Virus record (IMG/VR): IMGVR_UViG_3300016466_000859
Coordinates: 32,001 to 96,000 of that record
From: a virus
Reading direction: 5' to 3' (one strand)
Length of the DNA: 64,000 nt
The notes beneath the pieces are model-generated. The model had not been told where the DNA came from, ran no database searches, and was given only the letters and a program-made list of their open reading frames with translations. This document shows positions 64,000 through 64,000 of the stretch, piece by piece (position 1 is the stretch's first letter; each line of letters begins with the position of its first letter). The translations under genes were made by a program, and so were the position numbers.

Positions 64000-64000
64000 G

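Noticed and set aside
1-64000. Bacterial chromosomal LPS/O-antigen locus or prophage
   Set aside because: Tail and baseplate genes, a T4-like RNase H, late-promoter motifs and a phage-style gene mix are present, with no integrase, ribosomal or core operons and no Wzx/Wzy/ABC export genes.
1-64000. Alternative genetic code, tRNA/rRNA genes, introns or inteins
   Set aside because: Standard-code ORFs tile the window using all three stops; no cloverleaf or rRNA-like tracts were seen; thyA and the other enzymes are of normal length with no splice motifs.

Overview
This 64 kb window looks like part of a large tailed dsDNA (jumbo, myovirus-like) phage genome read in the standard genetic code. Genes are densely packed, often with overlapping start/stop codons, and there are no rRNA, tRNA or CRISPR features. 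(1) 1-14.2 kb, + strand: a virion module with a 5'-truncated giant FG-GAP/baseplate-type protein and paralogous tail-fibre genes, two of which end in Peptidase_G2-type intramolecular chaperone domains. (2) 14.3-36.9 kb: a large tailoring cluster with GT-A-like glycosyltransferases, seven N-terminal-twitch radical SAM enzymes (six in tandem), two SGNH-like proteins, a NodU/CmcH carbamoyltransferase, an APS-kinase/nucleotidyltransferase fusion, a DegT aminotransferase and an NDP-sugar epimerase. (3) 36.9-49.9 kb, mostly - strand: thyA, folA, a MoxR AAA+/VWA pair behind four near-identical sigma70 promoters, a DctP that lacks a signal peptide, a phasin-like gene and a 5'-3' exonuclease. (4) 49.9-64 kb, - strand: a 7-deazaguanine island (queE, queD, folE, a DpdL/QueD-like T-fold protein, a TGT-fold transglycosylase; no queC in the window) interleaved with a GT-B glycosyltransferase, GalE, a DegT-like protein, a 2OG-Fe(II) oxygenase, cupins, a PRTase, HIT, MazG and an HhH glycosylase. 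The best candidates for undescribed biology are a sugar-decorated or otherwise hypermodified deazaguanine pathway, the radical-SAM/glycosyltransferase array next to the tail genes, and ROSE-type SD-sequestering hairpins in the leaders of queD and the phasin-like gene. All family calls come from motif recognition by eye; no database searches were run. Several start codons were moved from the ORF-track positions using RBS and overlap evidence.
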